A DNA stretch of 60,687 bases, the filler included, from Catajapyx aquilonaris (Eukaryota): assembly GCA_000934665.2 (NCBI GenBank). It is 2 parts of 2 records of this genome, joined end to end, with 100 filler letters (N's around TTAATTAATTAA, not from the genome) between each part and the next. Parts side by side here need not be neighbours in the genome. Positions count along the whole stretch, not along the records: positions 1 to 30,294 come from JYFJ02004661.1; 1 more part is not named here. The stretch is one strand, 5' to 3'. Below the pieces are notes generated by a model. It saw only the letters and a list, made by a program, of their open reading frames with translations. It was not told the origin of the DNA and did no database searches. The position numbers and the translations under genes were made by a program. Positions 11,201 to 22,635 of the stretch are shown piece after piece (the stretch's first letter is position 1; each line of letters opens with the position of its first letter).

Positions 11201-11370
11201 GAGCACCATAAGCACGTCGGGATCTGTATACACTCATGGCAATTAGCCTTTCCGAAGCACGGATTCGGACGACCAGACGACGAAACACGTTGCTCCAATG
11301 GAGGTGTCGTTTGACCCAAAACTTGCTCCAAAATTACAACCAAAAGGACCTGTACTCCTGAGCTACGCAT
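8235..11370 (-). CDS. mys: Integrin beta subunit, betaPS/myospheroid-like (~799 aa, 10 coding exons)
   Basis: Exons 11370-10992, 10923-10695, 10634-10550, 10480-10310, 10242-9982, 9918-9631, 9460-8942, 8859-8739, 8645-8365, 8300-8235 total 2400 nt in frame. PSI domain, [36 protein letters not shown] repeats, TM, tail with NPIY and NPMY. Exact orthology is unverified. Confidence 0.95.
9508..9612. repeat. Imperfect inverted repeat (hairpin/MITE remnant) in integrin intron 6
   Basis: GCAACCGAGTGCGCAACACAGTTCGCGCAA ... TTGCGCGAGTGTGGGTGCGCACTCGGTTGC. Confidence 0.75.
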
Positions 11371-11827
11371 GGTGTCGGCTGGAAATGGTATGCCCAACAG
11401 GATATGTGCGGTTGTTGTTACATGCTCGTGTGGTTTCCTGCAACTTTCTTCACAAATCCTGCGGGGAAATTCATGGTTTGCATTAAAAGTTTAATATGTA
11501 ATTATTTCCATAATGAAAGTGAAATTGTTAACAATATTGTCATTCATAGATCTCACTGACTGTGTGAGAGGAATTTCAAAACTTTAGGTACACCATGTGT
11601 GTGCATGGCAACTCTTTACCCTTCACGATGTATGGATAATATATTTTTCGCAGTTTTTAGTCAACATTAAAATACCAGAAGATGCTCTTGTCCGTACTAA
11701 CCTTGCATAAAACTGGGACGTAAATCCTGCTTTTAATCGCTTATCATGATTGGACTTCCTTCCTTGAGCTGTGATGCGGTTAAGAACCATTCCCCTCTGT
11801 AGTTTGCGACTTGAAAAACGCCCAAAA

Positions 11828-12613
11828 ATGGCGCTCCGTTGGCCTATGGTTCAGCATTGTTGCGGCTGCATTTCCAACAGGACCGGGGCCCTAATTTATG
11901 CTTATCTGTCGTTGGTGAGTACGTGACTTTTTCAATCGCATTTTTGGTGAATAAGTTTATTTCGACCATACAGGTTGGGTACATCATACTCGTTCTGGGC
12001 TCCCTGATTACCTTGGGTTTCGGACTGGGCTTCTATTACACGAACTACTATCGTACTGGCTACGATGTTACTCTATTTTTTTCGTCAGGTAAGAGTAGGC
12101 TTATAATGTACACGATAACATGATTATTTATGAACGATTCTTTTACAGTTATGATTTTCATCGGAGTTCCCGTACTGTTCGTCAGCATTCTGGGAATAGT
12201 TTACACCTCGATGCTCCTCAGCGGAATCCACAAGGTATGTGCAATTAAAAATGAACGTTTAATCGCTAATATACCATTTGTTGGATTAGAGGTCACCGGA
12301 GTATATGACCCCATGGCTGACTTTCCAACTCCACGCTGCATTGGTCACCTTTGCTCTGGTCATTAGCGTGCTGATGATCAACATCAGCCCAATTGTCACA
12401 GCCATTTCAGTGCCATTGCTTCTCATCCTGGTTGGTGTCCAGATTTACTGCATCATATGCGTCTTTTCACACTATCAGGTACGTTCAATTGCGTGATGGT
12501 ATACACATTAATACACTTGCTTACTGTTATTTTTACACCAGCAGGAGCTGACCATATTTGTTCGTCCCCTATCACTTTATAATGATGCAGACAGCACGGA
12601 TCATATGCACTGA
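11828..12613 (+). CDS. Small four-TM protein, DUF4728/LAPTM-like, copy A
   Basis: Exons 11828-11914, 11974-12088, 12149-12234, 12290-12478, 12545-12613; motifs CCGCISNRTGALIY, LLSGIHK, MTPWL, FSHYQEL. Confidence 0.8.
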
Positions 12614-12873
12614 TTGGACATGTGCTCATCATGATCAGTTTTCCTGCTCTGTACCGGATGAGTTGTCATTTTTGCATGTAGTGTATACAAGTGGCCCCGC
12701 GTCTAAACAATTGTGAGTTATATTGTGTCAAACGCCATCAAATAAAAAAACAGTGATAAAAAAGGAACGTAAACCTGTCATTCCCTGGGCTTATCGCGTA
12801 TATACCAGCAGACTAATAGCATACGTAAGTGAAACACATATATCCCGAGCTGCCTTTCAGAAGCAAGAAACGC

Positions 12874-14167
12874 ATGATGGACAGGCCAGATCTAGAGTAC
12901 AGGTCCCTACGAGGCGATAAGGCTTTCAAAAGGAATTCGCCCAATAGTTGTGCTGGAAAGCGTACTGCAGCACTCGTCTATGTCTACATGACTTTGGTGA
13001 GCATAAACAATTGTAGATATTGAACAAAAATATCTTAAAAGAGAATAAGAAAATTTGTCGGAATAATCAAGTTGCAACTGCTTGTCACGTTTTAGCTTGA
13101 CGCTTTAAGTACGTGGAGTAGGAAGAATCTGGATTTCTGTATCATTTGATATTTATAGACTTCGTTGTTCTATTGTTCAACTATTGTGCCTTGCTGTCAG
13201 CATTTCCAGTTGTTTACTACGTCGGCAGCTGTTCAGTGTTCAAAGTTCTGTACCTTATGGGTCCCATGCGTGTATGCCACTTAAATAAAGTTAAATCGCA
13301 TTGTGTTCAACAAATCAGGATGACTGTGAATATTGCAGCTATATTAAAATAATTTACGTACTTAGTCAATCGTGTGTAAGATATGAGTATCTTTTCAGAT
13401 GGGCCAGATAATCCTCACTATAGGATTCATTATTGACACCGGATATTCTTATAACGAAGCTGTTTTACCTGAAACTTCATATTATTTTAAATACCGGCAG
13501 TTGCTCTCTGGAGGTAAGTGATTTAACATTAAAACGTCTTAAAATATACTTGAAGATCAGGCCATCTACTGGTCCTCGAAAGCATAAACATAATAATCTA
13601 TTGTTGTAAACACACCAAATATTTACACAATGCTTCAGCTAGGATATCCACAGGAGCTCCAACAATTTCCGTCAGTATCCTGGGAATACTCTTAACCGCA
13701 ATGGCCATCCACGGAATTAAAAAGGTACAACAATGCTCTATAACAGTGCAATAGCCTCTCTTTTTTTAATTAAATAATTACAAAATACTGCTCTTGGCCG
13801 CAGAATATCCCGCACATGATGATACCATGGATAACTCTCCAAATGTACAGCGGCGCTTACATTTTGGGCATCGTCATCAGCCTATTGTTGCTCAAATCTG
13901 CGTACATAATCACCACCGCAGTTCTTCCTCTCGCCCTGCTTCTGACCATTGTTGGTTACGGTACTTCGGTGGTGCTGTCATCATACGAGGTACAGTACGT
14001 AATAGGAACAATGAGTTTTAGCAATGACAACAATGTGACTACTGCAACAATTTACGTCTAACTATAGTTTGTCACAATGACTGTCTTTATTGCAGGACAT
14101 AAGCCTTCTTGTGTCGTTTGGCGCGACTAAACCGCCGGACAGCACGTTTAGCCTTGGTGACTATTAG
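12874..14167 (+). CDS. Small four-TM protein, DUF4728/LAPTM-like, copy B
   Basis: Exons 12874-12996, 13399-13513, 13639-13724, 13804-13989, 14096-14167; RTAALVY, HGIKK, MIPWI; same intron phases as copy A; AATAAA at ~14195. Confidence 0.75.
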
Positions 14168-14386
14168 AACCGAACTGATTGTATACACATTGGAAATAAA
14201 ATGTGGTTAATAAGTTCTGCGTGACTTACGCCTCAGGAAACGGATGCCAGATAATCTTAATCGCGTCTTAGCCACAACCATATCCTTCCTCATAAAGGGT
14301 GCTTGTGACCTGGAAAAACTCCAAGCAGTTTGAGCTCGTTTTTTCATTTTGCATCACACTACTTCCACCACACCCTGCTGCCAACA

Positions 14387-15394
14387 ATGAGGGTCCCAAT
14401 GCTTGACAACTGTTGCTTTTGTGTTTCTAATCGAACTGGAGCACTCGCCTGGGCCTACCTGGCAATTGTAAGTGAAAACTGTGGTGCTGTAACATGCACA
14501 TAATAATATCATTGTTACTAGAAATAGCATGAGAAATTGGGGCAATCCACTGTCTTTTACCCCGCCTCATTCCTCGAAAATATTCCGCAAGATAAGACCG
14601 CAACATACTATCCTGTATTACAATGTCGCATATATTTCAGGCTGGGTACATAGTGCTTATCTTGGGATCACTAGTTACGCTGGGCCATGGTCTTGGCATA
14701 TACTACTACACGTACAGACCACCTGTCAGGGCGTATGAGACAGTTAACTACTTTAGTATATGTAAGTTGTGGAAATTCTAACTATATAAACTTGCAATCA
14801 GTGATATGTGGATTTTTTTCTTCATTCAGATTTGACCTTCATGGGAATGCAGATGTTAGTCTTCAGCATCATGGGGATGACATTTACTGTTATTCTCGTT
14901 AAAGGAATCAAGCAGGTGAGTATATGCTATGGAAAATAATGTCAATATCTTTCTACAGATTTTATATGCCAGAATCCATATCAATTTATTTTGAATAGGT
15001 CCAACTGTCAGTTCCCTCAACTTTGTGATCAAAATAAATTCCATTCATTGATTGTTTCCAGAAAATTCCTCGCTTCATAACTCCATGGCTGTCTGTCCAA
15101 GTCTACTGCGCAGTCTACATTGCTGGAATTACCATCGGTGTCTTGCTGGTAAACGTGCCTATTATCAGCGGGATATGCGTCCCACTGCTCCTTATCCTTC
15201 TGGGAGTCATTATCTACTGCTCTGCATGTATCTATTCCCACTACCAGGTATAAATCCCTATAGTGAAGCCATCTTGTCCTTGTACTATGCATAATCTCTC
15301 TGCAAAAATATTTCAGGAGCTGGCATCTGCCGTGTCTCACACAGATTTGCAGGTTCCTTCGTACTCCGACATGCGCCGTCAAGGTACGCCGTAA
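14387..15394 (+). CDS. Small four-TM protein, DUF4728/LAPTM-like, copy C
   Basis: Exons 14387-14467, 14641-14761, 14830-14915, 15062-15247, 15317-15394; CCFCVSNRTGALAW, KGIKQ, ITPWL, HYQEL; AATAAA at ~15424. Confidence 0.8.
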
Positions 15395-15665
15395 CAGCTG
15401 CATATGTACTGTAAAACTTAATTAATAAACGCTAATACCAAATGCAGTTACTTTATATCCGTGGCACTGCTCCTGCAAATTGTTATCTAGTGGACTTTAA
15501 CCCTAAGCATCTCTGCGGCTGGGGAAAAAAAAACAGCTTTGCAGAAGCCATCGTGTGTTACCGAATGCAGCTGGAATGTAGCCTTCATTTCTTCATTGTC
15601 TTCTGGAGCAGTTGGTCGTGCTGGGCTGTACTTGTTCCATCAGGTCGTGTTCGAGCGTGTCTAGT

Positions 15666-17162
15666 ATGCCTGTAAATCGTCAAGTAAATCGTTTTCCATT
15701 ACTTCGCCGATGCTTTGGATGTCTCAGCATCCGAAAAGGAGCAACCGTTTATGGATACGTCCATCTGGTAAGTCACAGTGCAGTGGAGGGACAACTTTTA
15801 CACACACAAAAAAATGCAGTAATGGCTAGCTATAGCTACATGCAGCTACAGCAAGCTAAGACACGTATTGTTGCTAATCCAGTAATCCTAATTAAGTCAC
15901 AAAAGCAGTTGAAGTGGAGATGGCGACCAGCTTTTTTTAAAAAAATAGGAGAATACGTATGTATGATGCAGGTGTACAATTAGAGTACCTACTGAGCTGT
16001 GTCATGTCAGGCAAAATAATTCTGGTCATTGCGCATTGTATGTACGGATAAGTTATTAATATCATAAGGAAAGTTGTTGGTTCGCAGCTGCATGTCCTGG
16101 ATGGCTCGTATTACAATAGATAAAGGGAGAAATTCCTCTGTCTCGCCAACATCCGGGCACTTGCAAAACACCGATAGATCCGAGCTGGGGAAAAAGAGTT
16201 AATTTTGATATGAAAATGTTAAAATGGTCCTCTGATGTAAGAAATTGGCAAATTATTTTTAAAGTTTAGTTTGTAGTTGGAAGTATTGTTATATCAGCTC
16301 CTTGGGGCAGTAGAAAAAACTCAGTTTTATGTTGTTGTTTTGCCTGACATTTATTGTTCCTGCCATCTGACGCATCAACTGTCACGATTTAAAATAATTA
16401 CATCCTGTGTATAGATAAGCCTCTTTTTAATGTCCCTCTTTGCAGATTGGGAGTCTCGTGGTTTTGTTCGGCTGCGGATATTCTCTGAAATGTGGAATGG
16501 CTGATCTCAATACACTTCAATCGATTCCACCTGCAGTGATGAACCCTGTCGATGCAGGGTATCATAGGATTTACCGGAAGACTGAAAATGCAAAGGGTAT
16601 ACGAAACATATCAAAACTGAATTACTTTGGTCTGGATATAATATGCAACTAATCCTTCTCTGTTTCAGCAACCATTTGGTTTGCTACGACCACTTTTTTC
16701 AATGGCCTGGTTAGCCTGGCACTTAGCGCCTTATTGCTCCATGGAATCGACAAGGTCCGTTTCCAACAATGCACATTCTGACCCAATTATTGTCCGCCGT
16801 AATGCATGTGTAATATTATTTTCAGAGAGACGGGCGTTTGGTATCCCCATGGTTGGTGATGCAATTCTTGTTGGTAGCTAACGTGCTGGGATATTTAGTC
16901 GCCATATTGCTGACACGACCTGATCCCTGGGGCTACATCCCAGTTACCCTTTTGGTGTTCCTCTTGTGGTTCCAGGGCCATGGCATCATGGTTGTCTTCT
17001 CTTACTACAAGGTTAGTAGTATATTCTGCACTATTAAAACTGCATTGGTTGCATCTTTAACTCCAATATGTCTATAACTTCGCAGTCTATAACTCGCAGG
17101 AGGTGATCGAATACCAGCCGCCTACCATCCCAACAATCAGCCAAGTCATCGAGACGGTTTGA
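15666..17162 (+). CDS. Small four-TM protein, DUF4728/LAPTM-like, copy D
   Basis: Exons 15666-15767, 16446-16596, 16669-16754, 16826-17011, 17100-17162; CFGCLSIRKGATVYG, HGIDK, VSPWL; C-terminus -ETV. Confidence 0.8.
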
Positions 17163-17812
17163 TCCAGATATTTTTACTCGGCTACCTTTTCTTATAAAAA
17201 ATTATAACCCAACCCACACAGATGAGCTTACTTTAATTTTACTCACAATAATGCAATTATTATTTCCAAGATGTTCAGATAACAGCTGCCCACATTACAA
17301 GAGGGTATGTCATGGCGCTGAAACTCTGAAAAATGTGATTAATATCAATATGGAGATGTATTACCTTTCGTTGTCAAAATAAAGGTCATGGTTTGGACTC
17401 TTTGGAAGTTTGTCATATTTTTCTGCCCTTCCTCATCTCGTTGAATATAATATCTATACTCTCCGAGTGACACCCAGTTTCTTCGCACTCATCTGTTTTC
17501 ACTTGGGCAAAATCAAGGTTATCAAATTGGACCTAGTCAGCAGCCAAGTACAATAATGACACTTCTTGGAACCATTAAAATGAGTGACGTAAATAAGATT
17601 TTGGAACCAGTCCAAGTTCCTTCCTTCTTTCCTCCTATAACAGCTTCAGATAATAATTCGCAATGTGGCATTCCACCACAATATTACAGGATATGACGCA
17701 GCACTCCATGTGATACGCCTCTTTTGCTCCTCAGTGTTGCTTTTCCAGCAGGTCAGAGCTAGTGTTCATCCGTCAGAGTGTTTGACACAAGGTTCCTATT
17801 TTTGTAATATAA

Positions 17813-18867
17813 ATGACGGAATTACGTTTTCCGGTGCTACGCCGCTCCTGCTGCGGCGTATCTCTTCGAAAAGGAGCACTGATCTACGGATACTTACACC
17901 TGGTAAGGATACCGTACTTGAACATAGATCGTTGTTTCCATATAATTATTTTATCGCTTGTAACGGATTTCTGGGGTAAACAGTCAGTAATTTCTCCCCG
18001 AATATAAATGTGACGTGCAGTACTATCTTTCAACATACTGTAATTATGGAGGAAAATGTGACGACAGGTGATATAATTATTTCACTTATAAGATTAAACA
18101 GGATGAAGTTATTTGTGTCTATAGCTAATACCTCATTGTCTATTGCAGTTTGGAAGTTTTGGTGTCATGATTGGCTGCTGCTTTGGACTACAACAAGCGA
18201 TGGCTAGAATCCGATGGTTCTCTGTTTATTACACCGGATCTCACGAAGGACATTACACTGATCTACAAGGTATGGCATTAATTTGCTTATGGTGTAGACC
18301 AAGTTTTAAATATATCTAGAGCAATCTACTCTGACAAATATTACAATTGCATTTAAGTTATAACCTGCACGAATTTGTCATTAAATTATTATTTACAGAC
18401 CTGGTATGGTTCTGCATCTTTGCATTCCTGACCGGCATGGTTTACATCGCATTTTCATTAGTTCTCCTCTACAGCATCTACAAGGTACAACAATAAGTCT
18501 GATCAACTGAGTGCATTATTGATTTTTTTTTTAATAATTGGTAAATGCAGAAATATGCCCTCTTGATGCTGCTGTGGGTGGCCATGCAGATCTTGCTAGC
18601 AGCCCAAGGACTTACATTGTTCATCTCCATTTTGGTACTTGGGTTCGCCTACTACCTCATACCTGTTGCACTAGTTATCTTGGCCTACTCGATCCACAGT
18701 GCCTTGGTTGTCTCATCTTACCACCAGGCATGTATATCTAACTACTCTCTGCTTCATGACAATTAAATCATCTCCTCGTATATACTGTATATATTCTCAC
18801 TACAAAATATGTTCATATATTACAGGAGTTGATGGACACAACGCGCCAACCAAGAAGCAATGTCTAA
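17813..18867 (+). CDS. Small four-TM protein, DUF4728/LAPTM-like, copy E
   Basis: Exons 17813-17902, 18149-18269, 18399-18484, 18551-18727, 18826-18867; CCGVSLRKGALIYG; last intron requires a GC donor. Confidence 0.75.
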
Positions 18868-19399
18868 TCGAAGTCGAGTGAATTTATATTAGGACATTTT
18901 CTCATTTATGATCATTTTTTCCGCCGCCAAGGAGACACTTGACTGTTGATCAGAGCTGCCTCCAAAACTGTGAGGCGATCGGATCGGATGGCGATGCATG
19001 AATGTTGTATTCATACAGTAATATCAGCAGCCTGGAATAGCACTGAAATTGGTACAAATGCTATGGGCAGTTTGGAGCTATCAAATGCAGAGTGGTTCAT
19101 TGGGCAGTTTTCGCTTTAAATTGGTGGGTTGAATTTCAAGCTACTTATGCTGAAACCTGCTGAAACGCTAAAAATGCAAAGTCTATCAATGAGAGATATG
19201 GAAATGCACCTATTTTGTCACAGATCTAAATAAAGCTAATGGTTGGCGATACTTTTGTGCTTACTTAACCCGAGTATGTTTTCTATCTGCTGCACAAATC
19301 AGTCAAAAATCCTGCACTGGACACTAATATAATATAACCTTATTTGCTACTTCCCAACTTCCTTGCTTTCATATAACTCGCAACCTGCTATCTAACCAC

Positions 19400-20066
19400 A
19401 ATTGGAGGAAAATGTTGTATCAATGAAATCCGATGGCTCTCAACTAAGGTTCCCATCACTGTCGACACTTCTCTCCGAGGTATGCAATTTGCTTCTGATG
19501 TAGACCACGTGTTAAACATGTCTCCAGAGAAATCTATGGAAACTATTCCAATTGGCAATAATAGCTCACAGAGATTTGCATAACTTCTGGAATTTACAGA
19601 TCTGATAGCGTTATGTGCCTTTGTATTCCTGACGCGCCTGGTCAACATCGGATTCATTATCGTTCTCTTCAGGAGCATACGAAAGGTACAAAAATATAGA
19701 GTTTGATTGACTGAATTTTGTTATTGATGTTATTTTTCGAATAAAAAACCCCCAGAGACATATTGCCCTCTTGATGTTCGGGTGCCTGGCCACACAGGTC
19801 ACGCTCGCAGCCGAAGCACTGGGATTGTTCATTACCGGGTGGAGACTAGGAATCGAGTATATCTTGATATACGCGATGGACAGCGCCTGGTTTATCTCAT
19901 CTTACTGGCGTTCGAGGCAGGCATGTATATACCGAGCTCTGCTGCATGACAAATAAATCGCCTTCTCATTTACCTGGGCAACAATTCTAACTTATTTGCA
20001 ATGTGATTACAGGAGTTGATGAATGCCACGCACCAACCAATCAAAAGATATGCATCAGCATCTTAG
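19400..20066 (+). pseudogene. 5'-truncated duplicate of copy E (copy F)
   Basis: Partial exon 2 ending 19479, then open exons 19600-19685, 19756-19920, 20013-20066 with introns resembling copy E. No exon 1 found, and an in-frame TAA lies upstream at 19374. Confidence 0.65.
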
Positions 20067-20552
20067 TAGTATTTCCTTTCTTCCGGAGTTGTCAATAAAT
20101 CATACAGTAAGTTTCAAATGACCACAGAAGGTACCGCCAAAAAGTCCTCGTATACATATACAAAAGGAGAATGGACAAAATCACACTTCCACTGTGTCAT
20201 GTGATCGAATCGCTATCTGTCAGTGTATCGTAATTGCCACAGGGTGGAAGGTAAGCAAGCTTATCAAGGTCATATGGAAGGTGATGCTTCAGGTAGAGCG
20301 TCTCCAGGTCCAAACAGTAACACGCAGAGGAAACGTTCGTAAACTTCAAATTCTCTCTTTAAATTCAATCTGCCACCAAAATCTACATCAAGTGCCAAAT
20401 GTCCAAACAGATCAATGATTGCTCCTCCCAGCGCAGTCACCTAACCACACATCACACACAGAGAAGACTCTCTTTTCTGGAAGAGATAACACATAACACA
20501 AGTGCATCTGGTCATCAACATTACAATTCACGATGCAGGCGACACACACTCA

Positions 20553-20825
20553 GTGAGAAATATGGAAATGCATAATTATCTCTTTTGTCATATAAATAAA
20601 GCTAATGGTCCCAAAACTTATATGCTTACTTAAACCCAGCTTTTCATATTCACAATAATCAATGAAAGATTTCCGAGAATAGAAGCTATACGAATCCCTA
20701 GACGCCGCGGCGGTCCAGAAGCCTTATGGGAGTCATCCCAAAATTTCTACGGGGTGAAATGCTTCTGGTGTAGACCACGTTTTAAACATATATCCAGAGA
20801 AATATATGGAAACTATTCCAATTTA
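20553..20825 (+). pseudogene. Further remnant of the four-TM array (exon 2/intron 2 flanks)
   Basis: GAGA.ATATGGAAATGCA..TAAATAAAGCTAATGG and TGCTTCTG.TGTAGACCACG..AGAGAAAT.TATGGAAACTATTCCAATT repeat 19190-19555. Confidence 0.5.
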
Positions 20826-20869
20826 TTTAAGTTGCAAATGACCAGTTCTGGCCACTGACATATTCTTTT

Positions 20870-22248
20870 CAAGCACCTACAGCTGTTTATATAATATGTG
20901 GATCCTTACTTCATCAAACCATTTGGGTATGTTCTCTTCTGACACATTTGCTCGAGCAAATCTGTTTTTGTCGTTTTTGATGTTGTTGTCGTCGTTGTTG
21001 TTGTTTTGTTGTTTAAATGCCTAGTTAAATTTTAAAATGTACAGGAAATAAATGCTCCCGCAATGATACGTGTATTAAACATATTTTTAAGGCTACGTGT
21101 CCTGGATATACAGTATTCGCGGTTGAGATCCATAATTTTGATTGCCCAAGATGGAAAGGAATCATTACAGCCCACGTATAGCACAAACCTCTGTGAGTTG
21201 GAATATGAATATTTCACTCAATTATTCTGGTGTAAGAGTAGGAACCTACTAATTATTTTATTATCGTTCGAGGGCTATAGAGTTTCTCAAGAAATGATTG
21301 CCTGGCTTATGCCAATGGTTGAAACAGCGTTTGTGTTGCATTGAATTACACGTTGCTAAATCACAAACGTGCATTGGAACACTGTCCTAGGTTCAGGTTT
21401 CCTGTTGATACATTTAATCCCAGAGACGTCCATGTCTGAACATACAGTTTGCACGCCTTATTGTGATATAGGGGATTACTCTCTCTGCACTTTTCTATAG
21501 GAACATGACCTACACTGATCGAGTAATGCGTTTTGAGAAATGTGAGCTTGTCAGAGAAATACAAATAACAACCATTATCTAAAGAAGTGGGCCTACTGAC
21601 GACAAAAACAAGAGTGACGTAGCAGCTCGTGTGCCGTCTAAATAAATCTTAAGATTGAATTTTCATGGAACGATTCTATTGAAGTCACATACGTTTTGCA
21701 TTTGGACTAGGTTCTAGATTCACATGCGCACTTGGGCCTGGGGCATTTAGCTCTTAAATGTTCTATATCGCAATACGCATGAACTATATACAGTATAACG
21801 CAATTTTGCAGTACATGTCGCGAAGTGGTCCGAAAAGTGGGCTTAACCTTTATTAGGACTATTTCATGGTATCAAAATATTTGTAGCAATTATACCGGTA
21901 TTACTAATTTAAATGTGAGTAATAAAATCATGACAAATTCCTGTCCCATACTGGAGCAAAGTAACGAACCACAAGTTCGCATGGCACATGGCAGGAAAGG
22001 ATGACTGTACATAATTATTATAAATTCATAACGTGCTTCTTGCTTCTGTTCATAACCGTATATCCGAGTTATGTAGGCAAAATATGACCGAGTTCCAAAT
22101 TATTATTGTTGGCTGCTTAAAAGACGACACACACCTTTTGCGTAAAAGATGGGTTTCTCCTGGTCTAACAGTCGATCCCTTGACTTCGTTTTGTGAAAAG
22201 ACCCTTTCAGCATGATTGGTATTACGTACAAAGTTTTATATGGCAATA
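20870..22248. repeat. Left copy of ~1.4-kb direct segmental duplication
   Basis: Near-identical to 28075-29570, including identical spurious ORFs at 21032/28688; carries ~330 extra bp (~21403-21740). Confidence 0.9.
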
Positions 22249-22635
22249 TGGGTGAAAGCCTGCGCATGCCTCATGCGTCATGAGTGATGTCGAAGTTGTC
22301 CGGTAAGTGAACTTAGCCTTGAACATTAATAACTTAATTACAGAGAAAGTCGGTCGATGAGTATTACTCTTGATGCTTACAGTATTTGACGCATTTCAGG
22401 CCTCACCTACCCGAGAGAAAGACGCGTCCAAGTAATAATGCGTTCACTTCAGCCTCAGTATGGCCACATCCCATCCATCATGATGAGCTTCTAAGGTAAA
22501 AACTTGCCGTTTGTTTTTAAAAAATTCTCTTAAAGAAGAGGTTGGAGAGACCAAAAATAATGTCTTTTATTGTCAGCCCGCATATTTTAACTGGATTAGG
22601 CTTTTACATTTCCAGCATTGTATTGCAGCCTCAGC

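Noticed and set aside
21032..21344. Near-identical ORFs at 21032/28688 and 21063/28719
   Set aside because: By-product of the segmental duplication; no recognisable domain or splice structure.
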